The notes under the pieces were generated by a model, which saw only the letters and a program-made list of their open reading frames with translations, was not told the origin of the DNA and made no database searches. From assembly GCA_024137785.1 (NCBI GenBank), contig JAHRHZ010000049.1, forward strand, positions 5,975,295 through 6,039,294: a DNA stretch of 64,000 nucleotides. The letters are read 5' to 3'. The stretch comes from Ginglymostoma cirratum. Taxonomy: Eukaryota. Each line of letters opens with the position of its first letter. The first letter of the stretch is position 1. The translations under genes were made by a program, and so were the position numbers. Shown here one piece after another: positions 11,487 to 22,920 of the stretch.

Positions 11487-14400
11487 TAAAACTTCCTGAA
11501 GCCTCTTTACATCTTCCTCACAACATCCATTCCAGCTTAGCTTTGTTTCATCTGAAAATTTGGAAGTATTACATATGGTCCTCAAATCTAAATCCATGAT
11601 GTGTGTTGTGAACCACTGGTCCCCCACGTATTGGTTCTTGCAGTGGCCCATTGGTGACAGCCTATCAACATAAGAATGATGCATTTATTCCTACTCTGTA
11701 TGTTCTATCCATTAGCCAACTCAGTCAATACGTTAACCCCAATGCCATGTGCTTTATTTTTGTGAATTAACCTCTTTTTGGGGAATGTTATCAAAAGGCT
11801 CCCAAAAATCCAGGAATAGTACAACATTGACTTCTCTTTGTCAGTTTTGTGAGTAACACCTTCAAAAAGCTCCAAGTTCATAAAACGTGATTCCTCAAAA
11901 TTTTCCATTCGCAAGTCTATGTTGACAGTACCCACTCAGCACATTATTATTTAACTGTCTGTCACATTCTTTATAATAGATATTAATACTTGTTCTGTTA
12001 CTGTGGTAAGGCTGACAGGACAGTAGGTCCCTGTTTTCTCTGTCACTCACTTCTTAAATAATGGGGTGATGTGCTTGTTTCCAATCTGCTGGAATCATTC
12101 CAGAATCTATAGAATTTTGGAACCCGATCACCAGTGCATTGGCCATCTCTATAGCCACTTATTTCAACGCTCTGTGATGTTGAATGTAAAGTCCTAGGAT
12201 CTTATCTATCTCCAGACCCATTAATTTCTCTACCTCAACTTTCTAACTGATACTAATTTCCTTCAACTCCTCATTCCTGTTAGTTATTTGTAACTCTGAT
12301 TCTGGGAGAATCTTTGCACCTTCCTCAGTGAGAACAGGCATAAAGTAATCATTTAGTTTCTCTGCTATTCCTGTAATCCCCACAATAAATTGTCTTGATC
12401 CTGCCTGTAATGCTCCCATTTTTTTCTTAGCCAAACATTTCCTTTTCATGTACCTATAGATACAGGTATATTCCTTTTTTTAAAGCTTTTTGTTAGATTG
12501 CATCTATACTTTGTACTCTTTCCTTATCAGTTTCTTGGTCCTCCTTTGTTGTATTTTTAAAAACTACCCAATCCTCAGATTTGCTACTATTTCTGGTAAC
12601 TTTACAAGTCTTTTACTCTTTTACAGTGGCTAATTTCCTTTGTCAGGCATAGTTGACCTTCTTTTGAGTATTTGCACCTTTAAGGAATGTATGGTTATTC
12701 TGAAACATGTTCTTTCGAGGCTATCCAGTACCTTAATGCATGGATACCTTTAACGTATTTTTCTAAATCATCTCTGCCAATTTGTGCCTATAGCTTCATG
12801 ATTTCCCTTAGTCACGTTTAACAGCCTTGATTCAGATTTAACTACCCACATACAGACATAGAATTTTACATGTTCATACTGTGGTCACTCTTCTTTAAAG
12901 GCTCTTTTACAACAAGGTTATTGACTAGACCTTTTTCATTACATAATACTCAATCTAAAACAGCCTATACTCTAGTTGTGCCCTCAACACACTCTTCTGG
13001 AAAACTACTTTTAACAGACGTCAACAAGTCATTCTCCACCACTTTAGTGCTTATTTCGTTTACCCAGTATATATACAGATTGAAGCCTGTATTTGCTTCA
13101 TTCTTATTTTTTCTGAAGAAAAGCATAGTCATGCAAAGTTTTGAAAAGAAGGCACTGAAAGAATAGAAGGTTACAACATAATATACTTATTACCCAGGGA
13201 CTCTAAGCAAGTAAGTAGATTATCTCAGTAATCAATCAGCACCTCAAATATTATTGTGGATATTAGTTAGGGGTATCATTTCAGGCCTTTTTTATTGTTG
13301 CTATGTTGCAAGGTAGGTTAAATAAAAACAGTGAGGAGAGTTTGGCAGTGAACAAGCAGTTAAGGCTATAAGATGTTGCGTTTTTATCCAAAAGTTATAA
13401 TAAATGGTTTCTGTCTTGTACTTCTGGAACATCTCTATATTTGAATAGCACTCTTCCTAACCCTATATCTAAACTAAGAGTGTACATTGTGAACAGGAAC
13501 AATGCCACATGAGAGATTCCCACTCCTCCTCTTGATCTGGGCCAATGATGTCAGCGCAATGATGAACAGCCAAGGATAGACTCATACCACAAACCTTTTG
13601 AAGTAACATTCTTAGTGAAGGTTTCAACGTATTTGTTTGATCACCACATTCGACACTACATACAGATGGACCCTCTTTCCATGAAGATGTCATCGGAAGG
13701 TTCTGAGACTTCAAGCCACTCATGCTTATGAAGAACTCATCCAATTCCCGGTGCAACCATTCAGATGATAGCCAGAATATCAATCAATGGCACCTTCTTT
13801 GTTAATGCTCCAGGAAGATCCTGTTTGTTCATGTCTGTCATGGTACAGTATCTATCTAGTTAAGTAGAGTTTGGACAACGCTGTGCTCTCAGTGGGCAGT
13901 TGCCCCACTTTCAATCATCTGTTGCTTACTTGTGATGTATGAGTGACCAGGTGAACAACCAACAGTCCGTTGTTGGCCCCACGCTCTGAGAAGATGCGTC
14001 GGCTGCGTGAGACCTGTGATAGTACCTTTGGAGTGTGTGACCTGAAGGGCCTCTTTCTGTGCTGTCGACTTCTTCTATGACATCAATGTTTTCTGTCAAG
14101 ATGAGAAAATTTGGCTTTATTCATTATTGTGCATGTGAACATACTCCTCTTGTAGTTAACGACAAATCAACATGAGTAACTGATGTGTGCCATGCACTGC
14201 TTTTGTATTTAATTCTGTCATCTGGTAGCTGGAATCTCTTATTTCCAATGGCTAGCTACACTGAGACTCTGCTGATTTCCAGTTTTTTTTCTCTCTGCAC
14301 TATTATGCTATGAGCTCTGTAGAGTGCTGTGCCTAGCACCCTGTCTTTCTCTTGTTTCTATGCTATCTTGATTGATGGGGAAGGAACAAAGAGACCAAGA

Positions 14401-15189
14401 AGTGAGAGTTGTGGCCTGTGTTGAATGGATGAATGGAGCCCATTTGTTAAGGATGTCAATGAGGGCAATGCATGACAGTGCTAAGTATGTGGATGAATAT
14501 TTACGATGGATCAATGGAAATATGAAAAACTGCGTAGAAATGTATACTGACAAAGTAATTTAGGATGAGAAGTGATACATTGGAATAGGCTGGGGAAGGC
14601 GCACAAGGAGTTTGTAATTAACATCGTGGTGGGCAAATCAAGATTGCTCTTGTCTTTCCTGCAATACACAGATTGTTAAACTGTTTTCTACATTATATCC
14701 AGGAGCCGGACTCCCTCTGCTGACCTTTTTCACTGCCTCTAACCACACCTTCAAGGTGTCTCTAACCAGCTCCTTCCGTGCATTGCAAGGAAACTCTGAG
14801 TCCTCTCAGCTGCTCTACACAGACACTCAAGTGTGTGTAATTGCACAGCCTTTGGCTGCTTTTACTCTATTTTGCCAAATTCTTCTTTGGATTCCATCTC
14901 TAACATTGCATGGTTGAAATATCCATTTAAATACTGCTGTTGAAATTGCATAAAGTCCCAGTCATCAGGAAAGTACTGGAAGATATCGGCGACACTGCTA
15001 TTAAGTGAAAATTGTTCAGCAATGACCTACTCACTGACACTTGGTTTGTGTTTGCTCGGGGCCATTCACCTCTGATCTCAGTCCAGACTTGGTCTAAAAA
15101 TGGACACAAGCTGAACTCAAGAAGTTCATGGAGAGTTCATGGAAAATGGAGAGTATTCCCTCACACTATTGTCTGTGCCTTGTAAGTGG

Positions 15190-16025
15190 AGGATAGGTTT
15201 AATATCTATATATAGGTATTCAATGGCATTACCGTCACTAAATTCTCCCACTGTCAACATATTGGAAGGGGGCGTTATCATTGACTAGAGACTCAACTTG
15301 TTTTGCCATATAAACACAGCGGCTACAAGAGCAGGTCAGAAGCTAGGAATACTGTGGTGAGTAACTCACCTCCTGACACCCCAAAGCCTGTCCACCATCT
15401 GAAAGGCACAAGTCAGGAGTGTGATGGAATACTCCCCACTTGCCTGAATGGGTGAAGCTCCAACAACGTTCAAGAAGCTTGACACTGTCCAAGACAAAGT
15501 AGCCCGCTTGATTGGCATCACATTCACAGACATCCACTCCTCCCCTACCAACTCTCAGTAGCAGCATTCTGTACTATTCACTGCATAAATTCACCCAAGA
15601 TCATTAGTCAGCACCTTCCAAGCCCACGATCACTTCCATCAAGAAGGACAAAGGCAGCAGATACATGGGAACACCACTACTTGCAGGTTCCTCTCCAAGC
15701 TACTCACCATCCATTCTTAGGAAGGGTCACTGGACCTGAAACATTAACTCTGATTTTTTCTTCACAGATGCTGCCAGACCTGCTGAGCTTTTCCAGCAAC
15801 TTCTGCCTTTGTACTCACCATCCTGACTTGGAAATGTTGCTGTTTCTTCATTGTCACTGTGTCAGAACCCTGGAACTTCCTCCCTAATGGCATTGTGTGT
15901 CTACCTACAGCACATGGACTACAGCACTTCAGTAAGGAAGCTCACCACCACCTTTTCAAAAATAATTAGGTTTGGCTAATAAATGTTGACCAGCCAGCGA
16001 TGCCTACTTCCCACAAAGGAATAAA
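15190..16025 (+). mobile_element. CR1/L2-group LINE 3' part
   Basis: RT C-terminal-like sequence (aggcacaagtcaggagtgtgatggaatactcccca = KAQVRSVMEYSP) and tail aataaatgttgaccagccagcgatgcc. Confidence 0.8.
15713..15811 (+). mobile_element. PLE-like single arm, family C, with degenerate hammerhead
   Basis: cttaggaagggtcactggacctgaaacatt...agatgctgccagacctgctgagc; 12-bp TSD tactcaccatcc at 15701-15712 and 15812-15823. Confidence 0.8.
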
Positions 16026-17106
16026 AACAAACTTCTGCCACTCGGAGATGTTCAGGTTGTGAAGACTTATGTCTAGGTTTCTCTGTTATGAGTTTTCCCA
16101 GTGACTGCACTTGGACTTCATTGATGGGCAGGACAAGGTCATGCATTCGTCCATCCCTGCTCTTATCTCTTGAAATCTGTTACATTTGTCAATTGCAGTC
16201 TTCCTGTCTGGAATTCATGCTGGTTAGCTCTCCGTTGCTGTTTGTCTACTTCTTTGGTATTTCCATCTTTAATTAAAGACTGGAATTTTTATTTTAGCAC
16301 ATGAACTCAAATTCTGATTTACCTTTTGGTACTCTAATGGTGACTCTAGAAACATAGGAACAGGAGTAGGCCGTGTGGCCTCTCAACCCTGTACCTCCAT
16401 TCAGTGAGATCATGGCTGATCTGTGGCCTCATTCTGTCTGGGGCCCATAACCCTTACTATCATTATTTAACAAAAAAATTTATCTCTTTTTAAAATTAAC
16501 AATTGATCTAGCATCCCCTGCCGTTTGTATAAGAGAGAGTTCCAAACCTCTACCATCCGTTGTGCAGAGAGTGCTTCCTGATATCGCCCCTGAATGATCT
16601 GACTCTATTTTTTAATAAAGACTATGCCCACTGGTTCTAGAGTCCTTATCTTTATTTACCCTGTGCTTTCCTGTTACTGTCTTGCAGACTTTGATCAGAC
16701 AACCCCTTAACCTTCTAAATTCTAGCGAAAACTGGCCTAGTTAGAATAATCTTTCCTGATAACATAAATTCTCAAGTCCAGACATCTTTCTTGTAAGCTT
16801 ATATAGTACTCCCTCCAAGGCCAATGTCCTTCCGAAGGTGTGGTGTCCAGAATTGCTCGCACTACTACAAGGAGGTCTAACCAGTGTTTTGTACAACTGC
16901 AGCTTAACATCTGGGTCTTCATACTCCTGTCTTCTGTACATAAAGACCAGCACTCCATTTGCCTCTTTGATTATTTTCTACACCTATTCGTGACATTTCA
17001 AAGGTCTATGCACCTGAACCCCAACTCTCTTTGAACATATGAGATAACAAGCATGGGGCTGGATGAACACAGCAGGTCAAGCAGCATCACAGGAGCAGGA
17101 AAACTT

Positions 17107-17134
17107 GACGTTTCGGGCCTAAACCCTTCATCAG
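17107..17134 (-). ncRNA. Minimal hammerhead ribozyme, intact core
   Basis: Minus strand CTGATGA-A-GGGT-TTAG-GCCC-GAAAC-GTC. Confidence 0.8.
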
Positions 17135-17591
17135 AAANNNNNNNNNNNNNNNNNNNNNNNNNNNNNNNNNNNNNNNNNNNNNNNNNNNNNNNNNNNNNNN
17201 NNNNNNNNNNNNNNNNNNNNNNNNNNNNNNNNNNNNNNNNNNNNNNNNNNNNNNNNNNNNNNNNNNNNNNNNNNNNNNNNNNNNNNNNNNNNNNNNNNNN
17301 NNNNNNNNNNNNNNNNNNNNNNNNNNNNNNNNNNNNNNNNNNNNNNNNNNNNNNNNNNNNNNNNNNNNNNNNNNNNNNNNNNNNNNNNNNNNNNNNNNNN
17401 NNNNNNNNNNNNNNNNNNNNNNNNNNNNNNNNNNNNNNNNNNNNNNNNNNNNNNNNNNNNNNNNNNNNNNNNNNNNNNNNNNNNNNNNNNNNNNNNNNNN
17501 NNNNNNNNNNNNNNNNNNNNNNNNNNNNNNNNNNNNNCACAGCAGGTCAAGCAGCATCACAGGAGCAGGAAAACTTGACGTTTCAGGCCTT

Positions 17592-17619
17592 CTGATGAAG
17601 GGTTTAGGCCCGAAACGTC
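17592..17619 (+). ncRNA. Minimal hammerhead ribozyme, intact core
   Basis: ctt-CTGATGA-A-GGGT-TTAG-GCCC-GAAAC-GTC-aag; stem I ctt/aag; predicted cleavage after 17619. Confidence 0.8.
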
Positions 17620-17757
17620 AAGTTTTCCTACTCCTGTGATGCTGCTTGACCTGCTGTGTTCATCCAGCCCCATGCTTGTTATCTCAGATTCTCCAGCATC
17701 TGCAGTACCTTTTATCTCTGATACAATTTTAACCCCACTGCGAAGCCTCTTCTAAGG

Positions 17758-18051
17758 ATGCCTACCCTGAAGAAGTTACCCTCCTCCCTCCGGACAAACC
17801 TCAGGGAATCTCTCTCCCACTGCAACTCCCTCATCACCTCTTCGGCCTTGAAACTGCTCGACCACGTCCTGAAGCAAACCAGGTACCACAGCCACATCAC
17901 CTTTCTTAGTACCTGCCTACAGAACCAGATCATCCCCAATGGACTACAATCCACATTCAAGCCTTTCCAATTTGGCCCCAACCGTGACAATATCTACATG
18001 GAGAACATTGAGACCCTCCAGAAGCGCTTCTCCCTGCGACTCCTGAAAAGA
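17758..18051 (+). pseudogene. N-terminal ~98 codons of a Penelope-like element ORF (RT and GIY-YIG absent)
   Basis: ATG-initiated, stop-free MPTLKKLP...HITFLSTCLQNQIIPNGL...; the HxxFLxxCxxxxIIPxGL motif is recalled from PLE N-termini; lies directly downstream of the pLTR. Confidence 0.7.
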
Positions 18052-18055
18052 TTTT

Positions 18056-18083
18056 CTGATGAAGGGTTTAGGCCCAAAACGTC
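18056..18083 (+). ncRNA. Minimal hammerhead, G12A mutant copy
   Basis: CTGATGAAGGGTTTAGGCCC-AAAAC-GTC; G>A at 18076 in a CpG context. Confidence 0.7.
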
Positions 18084-19264
18084 AAGTTTTCCTGCTCCTG
18101 TGATGCTGCTTGACCTGCTGTGTTCATCCAGCCCCATGCTTGTTATCTCAGATTCTCCAGCATCTGCAGTACCTTTTATCTCTCTTTGAACATATGTCCA
18201 CTACCTCAGTCACCTCTTCAAAACATCAATGAGGTTCTTCAGGCATGGCCGACTGTCATGAATTCATGCTGGTATTTGCTAATTAACTGAATTCTCAAGG
18301 TGTTTTATTACCCCTTCCTTGATCATAGAATTCAACAATTTCCCCACCAGAGATGCTAGGCTAACTGATGACTCTGTGTCTAAGGGAACTTTGAGGATTA
18401 TGGTAACGGTGTCTAATGTGCTCCCCTACTTCCTTTAACACCTTTGGATAGAAACCATCAGGTCCTGAGGTTTTGTCGCTCCTTAATTTCCTTTCAAGCA
18501 AGTTGTTCTGTTCAGCTTCAAATACTAGTTATCCTCCTATTCTTCAGTAAATACTGAGGCAAAGTAATTATTTGACACGTATGCCATTTTCCCATGATCA
18601 TTTAATAATATCCCCAGTTGCAGTCTTTGTAAGGCTCTTTCTGATTTCACATCCTATTTTCTTCAGGATCCTGGGATGTAATCTGTCAGATCCTTGCAAT
18701 TTGGTCCTCTTCAGACTCAGAATCTTAACACCTTTCTTTAATTCATTATACCTTTCACCTTGTGTTAATCAACCTCAATTATGCAATTTTCTGTATAATC
18801 CTTTTCAGAAAATGCCAGTGCAAAGTACTCATTAAATCTTCTAGATAATTTGCATTTATCCTTAACTAACTCATCCTCTTCTCTGTGGGCTTAAATTCAC
18901 TTTGAAAAATTGTCTTTCAGCAACTTGTCTAAAATACTTTGTTTTTTTCAATATTTTTATTGTCTAGTGCTCTCTCCTTGTTTGCCTTCTTATTTCTTAT
19001 TTTCTTGTGTCCTCTTACTTATTACATTTGGAAGTCTTGACTGTCCTGATTTAATTTCATATTGTTTCTAATTTTTCCATTTATTCATGGAATTTTGAAG
19101 CTTGATCTAATCTTTTGTAATGGGTGTATATTTTTAATTTGCGTTTTGAGATATTATTGGTGTGCAATTTTGAGTTTCTTTTACCTCAGCTAGCTAATTT
19201 ATCACCATTCTAAAGTCTGACCTATGATAATTTTGTGCCCTTGTTTTTGAACTATCTTCAAAAA

Positions 19265-19955
19265 AAGCATAGAAAATAGGAGCAGTTCCAGGCCATTTGA
19301 CGTCTTGAGCCCACTTCACTATTGAACGAAACTATTGACGGCACAGTGGCTCAGTGGTTAGCACTGCTGCCTCACAGCGCTAGGGACCCAGGGTTCGATC
19401 CCACCCTTGGGCGACTGTCTGTGTGGAGTTTGCACATTCTCCCTGTGTCTGCGTGGGTTTCCTCCGGGTGCTCCGGTTTCCTCCCACAGTCCAAAAATGT
19501 GCAGGCTAGGTGGATTGGGCATGCTAAATTGCCTGTAGTGTTCAGGCATGTGTAAATTAGGGGGATAGGTCTCGGCGGGATGCTCTCTGTGTCGGTGTGG
19601 ACTTGTTGGGCCGAAGGGCCTGTTTCCACACTGTAGGGATTCTGTGAAACTCTTCTATGAAATCCTGGCTGGTGTTCCAACTTGATGCCATTTCCTGCAT
19701 TATCCTTATATCCCTTGATGTTTTTAATATGTAGAAATCTGTTGGCCTCCATCTTGAACATACTCGATGAATGAGCTTCCATGACCATCTGGAATATAGA
19801 ATTTCAAAGATTCACCACCATCTGATTGAATAAATTCCAGAATGGCCTAATTTTTATTCTAAGACTTGGACCCCTGATTCTTGGCCTCCTAGCCAGGGAA
19901 AACCCCTTCCTACATTTTCCCTGTACAGCCCTGTAAGAATTTTGTATGCCTTTAA
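19265..19955 (-). mobile_element. CR1 3' end interrupted by an HE1 SINE
   Basis: catagaaaataggagcag...ggccatttg; minus-strand AYKILTGLYRENVGRGFP. Confidence 0.65.
19337..19645 (+). mobile_element. HE1-type tRNA-derived SINE (V-SINE)
   Basis: A box gtggctcagtgg, B box ggttcgatccc, central gtgtctgcgtgggtttcctccgggtgctccggtttcctcccacagtccaaa, CR1-like tail. Confidence 0.92.
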
Positions 19956-20122
19956 CAAGGCGGGTTCTGTCACAGATGTGTGTTTCATTTCTGACAAATT
20001 ACCATCCACACAGTGATGACAAACATTTCCCCTATATGTTGACCTTGAGTTTGTTCCGCAAGTTGTTATCCCGATTAGATTTTTGGCTTTGACTTTTTCC
20101 ATTTACATTGTGGCTTATGCAG

Positions 20123-20200
20123 GAAATTCAGAATGAGGATGAACAAGCAGAGAACCTGAAACGGACCATGAAAGCCCAAAGACGAAGAAGGAAGAAAATG
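20123..20200 (+). CDS. CC2D2A: CC2D2A exon (EIQNEDEQAENLKRTMKAQRRRRKKM)
   Basis: gcag|GAA...ATG|gtctgt, 78 nt, phase 0-0; resembles recalled human [28 protein letters not shown]. Confidence 0.75.
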
Positions 20201-20449
20201 GTCTGTTTATCCATGTATTGGCATGCACGTTATTTAATCTTTACTTCTGATATTTCTGTTCTCAAGATTTATAGATAAAATTATGTCTACTGTTGTTTTT
20301 CTTAGTTTTAAGCAAAGATATTAAATAAATCACATGGAATCTCTGGTGAGGTTCTGACAAGAGATTGGGAGAATCCCATAGAAAACTTGGTTCATTTACT
20401 TATCAAAATTCTAACCCATTTTGGTGCAACTTCTTCTATTCTGTGGATG

Positions 20450-20790
20450 TGCTTGGCCTTGACAAGCTCACCATTATTGCCTGATCCTAGTTGCCCTCAG
20501 AGGTTGGTACTGAGCCTCTCTGAGCTGCTGTAACCCTGATGATGAGTGGAGATTTCTGGGATATTGACCCAGTGAGCATGAAGTGATGGTAACATGTTTT
20601 CAGACCAGGATGTGGTGAGATTAGGCGATAAGAGTTCCCAAAATATTGTTGCTCCTGCCCTGTGGAGTTGGAGTTCAGGAAAAAGGGGAAGTTGTCATTG
20701 GAAGAAGTTTGGTGAGTTACTGATGTCCATTCTTTACTCAATAGATATTGTAGCTGCAGTGTGATGATGCTCGAGAAGATGAGTATGGAT
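20450..20790 (-). mobile_element. CR1/L2-group LINE 3' tail, decayed
   Basis: attattgcctgatcctagttgccctcagagg matches the tail at 22921-23000. Confidence 0.55.
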
Positions 20791-21176
20791 TCTTAAACTT
20801 CAAACAAAATTATTGTACCCATTTTAAATGTAGGAAAACACCCTTCCTTATCTTAGTATTGTTTTTAAAAGTATTTTTAGCGCTGCTAAACTTGCCAAAG
20901 CAATAATTTCAAGAGTGTATTAATCTTCTGACTCTGGCTGTTATAATTTAGACGAAAGTTGATTTTTTTTTCCCTTCCTCTGTTCTTGTCAGATGTTTCA
21001 CTATTTGCAGTAGAGGTCAGGAGTGAGACTTGCTTTCAGATCTCCTGTTTTTATGTATAGTAGAAAGTACCACATGTAGCTCAGCAATTTAATCTTTTTT
21101 CCTTCCAACTGTTTTAAACTGAGACACAGAGACATTAGTGGCCATTGTTTGCAATGACTTATATTTTTCTTTGTAG

Positions 21177-21252
21177 CTTGTTGATGACATTGATGATTTA
21201 CACTCTGAAGAGTCTACACAAGAAGTGAACGTAATTACTCCTCGACAAAGAA
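21177..21252 (+). CDS. CC2D2A: CC2D2A exon (LVDDIDDLHSEESTQEVNVITPRQR)
   Basis: Polypyrimidine tract + gtag| acceptor, A|gtaagc donor, 76 nt, phase 0-1 which is exactly what exon 29189 requires. Confidence 0.7.
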
Positions 21253-21599
21253 GTAAGCTGTCCTTAACTGAAAAGAGACATGTTGCATTCTTTCTTATGT
21301 TACAAGTACTCACAAATGTTGTTTTATTGTATGTGAACGCTGTAAGTTCCACCAATTTGTTATGTCTTCTCGATTTCACAAATAACTAGTTTGAATAAAA
21401 TATAGTAAGATAATAACATTTTAAAGCGTACAATATACAGTATCTGACTGCTCCAGTCTATTCTGGTAAGAAATTGTTAAGTATTGTGACTGGCTTTATA
21501 TGCATATTTGTATGACATTTTAAAAAAAAGAATCTGCGTAAGTTGCTGTTGTATATACATTACAGTGAAAGGATTTTATTTTAAGAATGTCAATATTTT

Positions 21600-22220
21600 G
21601 TGCTTTTCGTGTACATCCCAGATGGTGAAAGAGAGAGGGAGTGGGAGAGAGAAAGGTAGCTGTGCCAGACAGAATAAGAGGTGCCTGTGCAAGTGGGAGG
21701 AAAAGAGAGAGGTGGCTGTGTCATGTTTGCCAGTGTTGAAGCTTGGTTAGGGCCGTGGCTAGTTCTGGAGCAAAACTCTTCTGTACTGTTGCCGAATGTT
21801 ATAACCCATAATCTTTGCTGTGTCAGTTTCCTCCAGCCATTCATTGACATCATGTGACATGAATCAGATTGGCTGTGGTGCCGGGGACCTAATGAGGAGT
21901 CTGAGATGGACCGTCAACTTGGCACTTCTAACTGAAGATTGTTACAAGTGCATCAGCCTTATTATTTGCAGTGTTGTGGAGCCTCCTCCTCCAGTGGGTG
22001 GTATTGTCCACCACCATTCATGACTGGATGTGATAAAACTGTAGAGTTTTGATCTGATCCATTCATTGTAGATACATTTAGCTCTATGACTTGCTGCTTA
22101 TGCTTTTTGGCAAGCAAGTAATTCTGTTTAGTAGCTTTACCAGTTGACACCGGTGTTGCTCCTCCTGCACTCTTCATTGAGCCAGCATTGATCCCCCTGA
22201 CTTACTGGTACTGATAGAGT
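21600..22220 (-). mobile_element. Decayed internal fragment of CR1/L2-group LINE
   Basis: gagcctcctcctccagtg, caccaccattcatgactggatgtg, cattgagccagcattgatcccc resemble recalled internal sequence of this shark LINE. Confidence 0.45.
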
Positions 22221-22244
22221 GGACTCAAAGTGGGCTTTTCCTGG

Positions 22245-22915
22245 AGAAGTCCAGTACTTCAGTTTTCTCCGTGCTGATTGTGTTTGTTGCCTGCATTGGG
22301 AAACCAGCAGCTAGTGCACAGCAATGGGTTGACTGGCAGTTAAGAGGAATATCCTTGGAGAACTTTGTTTTTGTCTGAAGTCACCTGAGATTGAGCAGGT
22401 TCCCTTTCAAGCGATATCTAACTTTGTCAGGATCACTGTCATGGAAGGTAATCCTTCCTACAACCCTTGGTTTCTAAAGAAAGTCCTTTTCCCATGTCGG
22501 TCCATAACCAAAAATACCGAAAAAAATAAAAAGTTAACAGTCTACATCCTTCAGGGCAAGTATGAGCATGTCATTGTGCAACTATTGGACCATTGTGATA
22601 TATTTCTTGAGAAAGTTGATTTTTTTTTCCATTTCTTTCCAAATGCCGTCAGGGCTGACTGTGTCAAAGGTCTTGTCAGATTAACAAACATGGGTTAGAG
22701 GACCATGTTCTGTTCTTGGCATTTCTCCTGGAGCTGTCTGATTGTAAATGTCATGTTAGTGGTTCCTTGATCATTTCTAAAACTGCACTGACTCTCTGGC
22801 AGTGAGATACTACACAGAGCAGTTCTGGAGGATTCTAGCAAACAGTCTTTTGTTTCTGGGAGGAGTGAGATTCTTTTATGCTTTGTCACAAGACTGGCAA
22901 TGCTCCGACAGAGTC
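22245..22915 (-). mobile_element. RTE-clade LINE reverse-transcriptase fragment
   Basis: LPESQCSFRNDQGTTNMTFTIRQLQEKCQEQN and VRYRLKGNLLNLR*LQTKTK match RTE motifs (LPESQCGFR..RQLQEKCREQN; RYR.DG.LFNLRRLQAKTK). Confidence 0.85.
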
Positions 22916-22920
22916 GTTGT

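Larger units (their letters stand above)
10455..13080 (-). mobile_element. Decayed CR1 LINE (interrupted by a PLE hairpin at 11281)
   Basis: Minus-strand ORF pieces IERVQQRFTRLV, SKFSDETKL, IAEKLNDYF. Confidence 0.8.
17041..18185 (+). mobile_element. Penelope-like element, family A: inverted pLTR + pLTR + N-terminal ORF + tandem pLTR
   Basis: Direct repeats ~17590-17719 and ~18054-18183; inverted copy 17041-17137 and 17538-17589; TSD ctctctttgaacatatg at 17025-17041 and 18180-18196. Confidence 0.88.
16345..18700 (-). mobile_element. Decayed CR1 LINE hosting the PLE insertion
   Basis: 3' end tagaaacataggaacaggagtaggcc; minus-strand ORF LQLYKTLVRP; CR1-like sequence resumes after 18197. Confidence 0.75.

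Noticed and set aside
13469-13783. 104-aa ORF as a transposase relic
   Set aside because: No recognisable catalytic or family motif in the frames examined.
16998-17595. Long ORFs in the track at 17 kb, 42.8-43.5 kb and 60.7-61.4 kb
   Set aside because: They are open only because they run through N-gaps.
19337-19420. tRNA gene
   Set aside because: The A and B boxes run directly into the HE1 SINE body; five copies occur in the window.
19990-20030. Possible further degenerate hammerhead (ctgacaa...gacaaac)
   Set aside because: Too many core mismatches and no clear family context.
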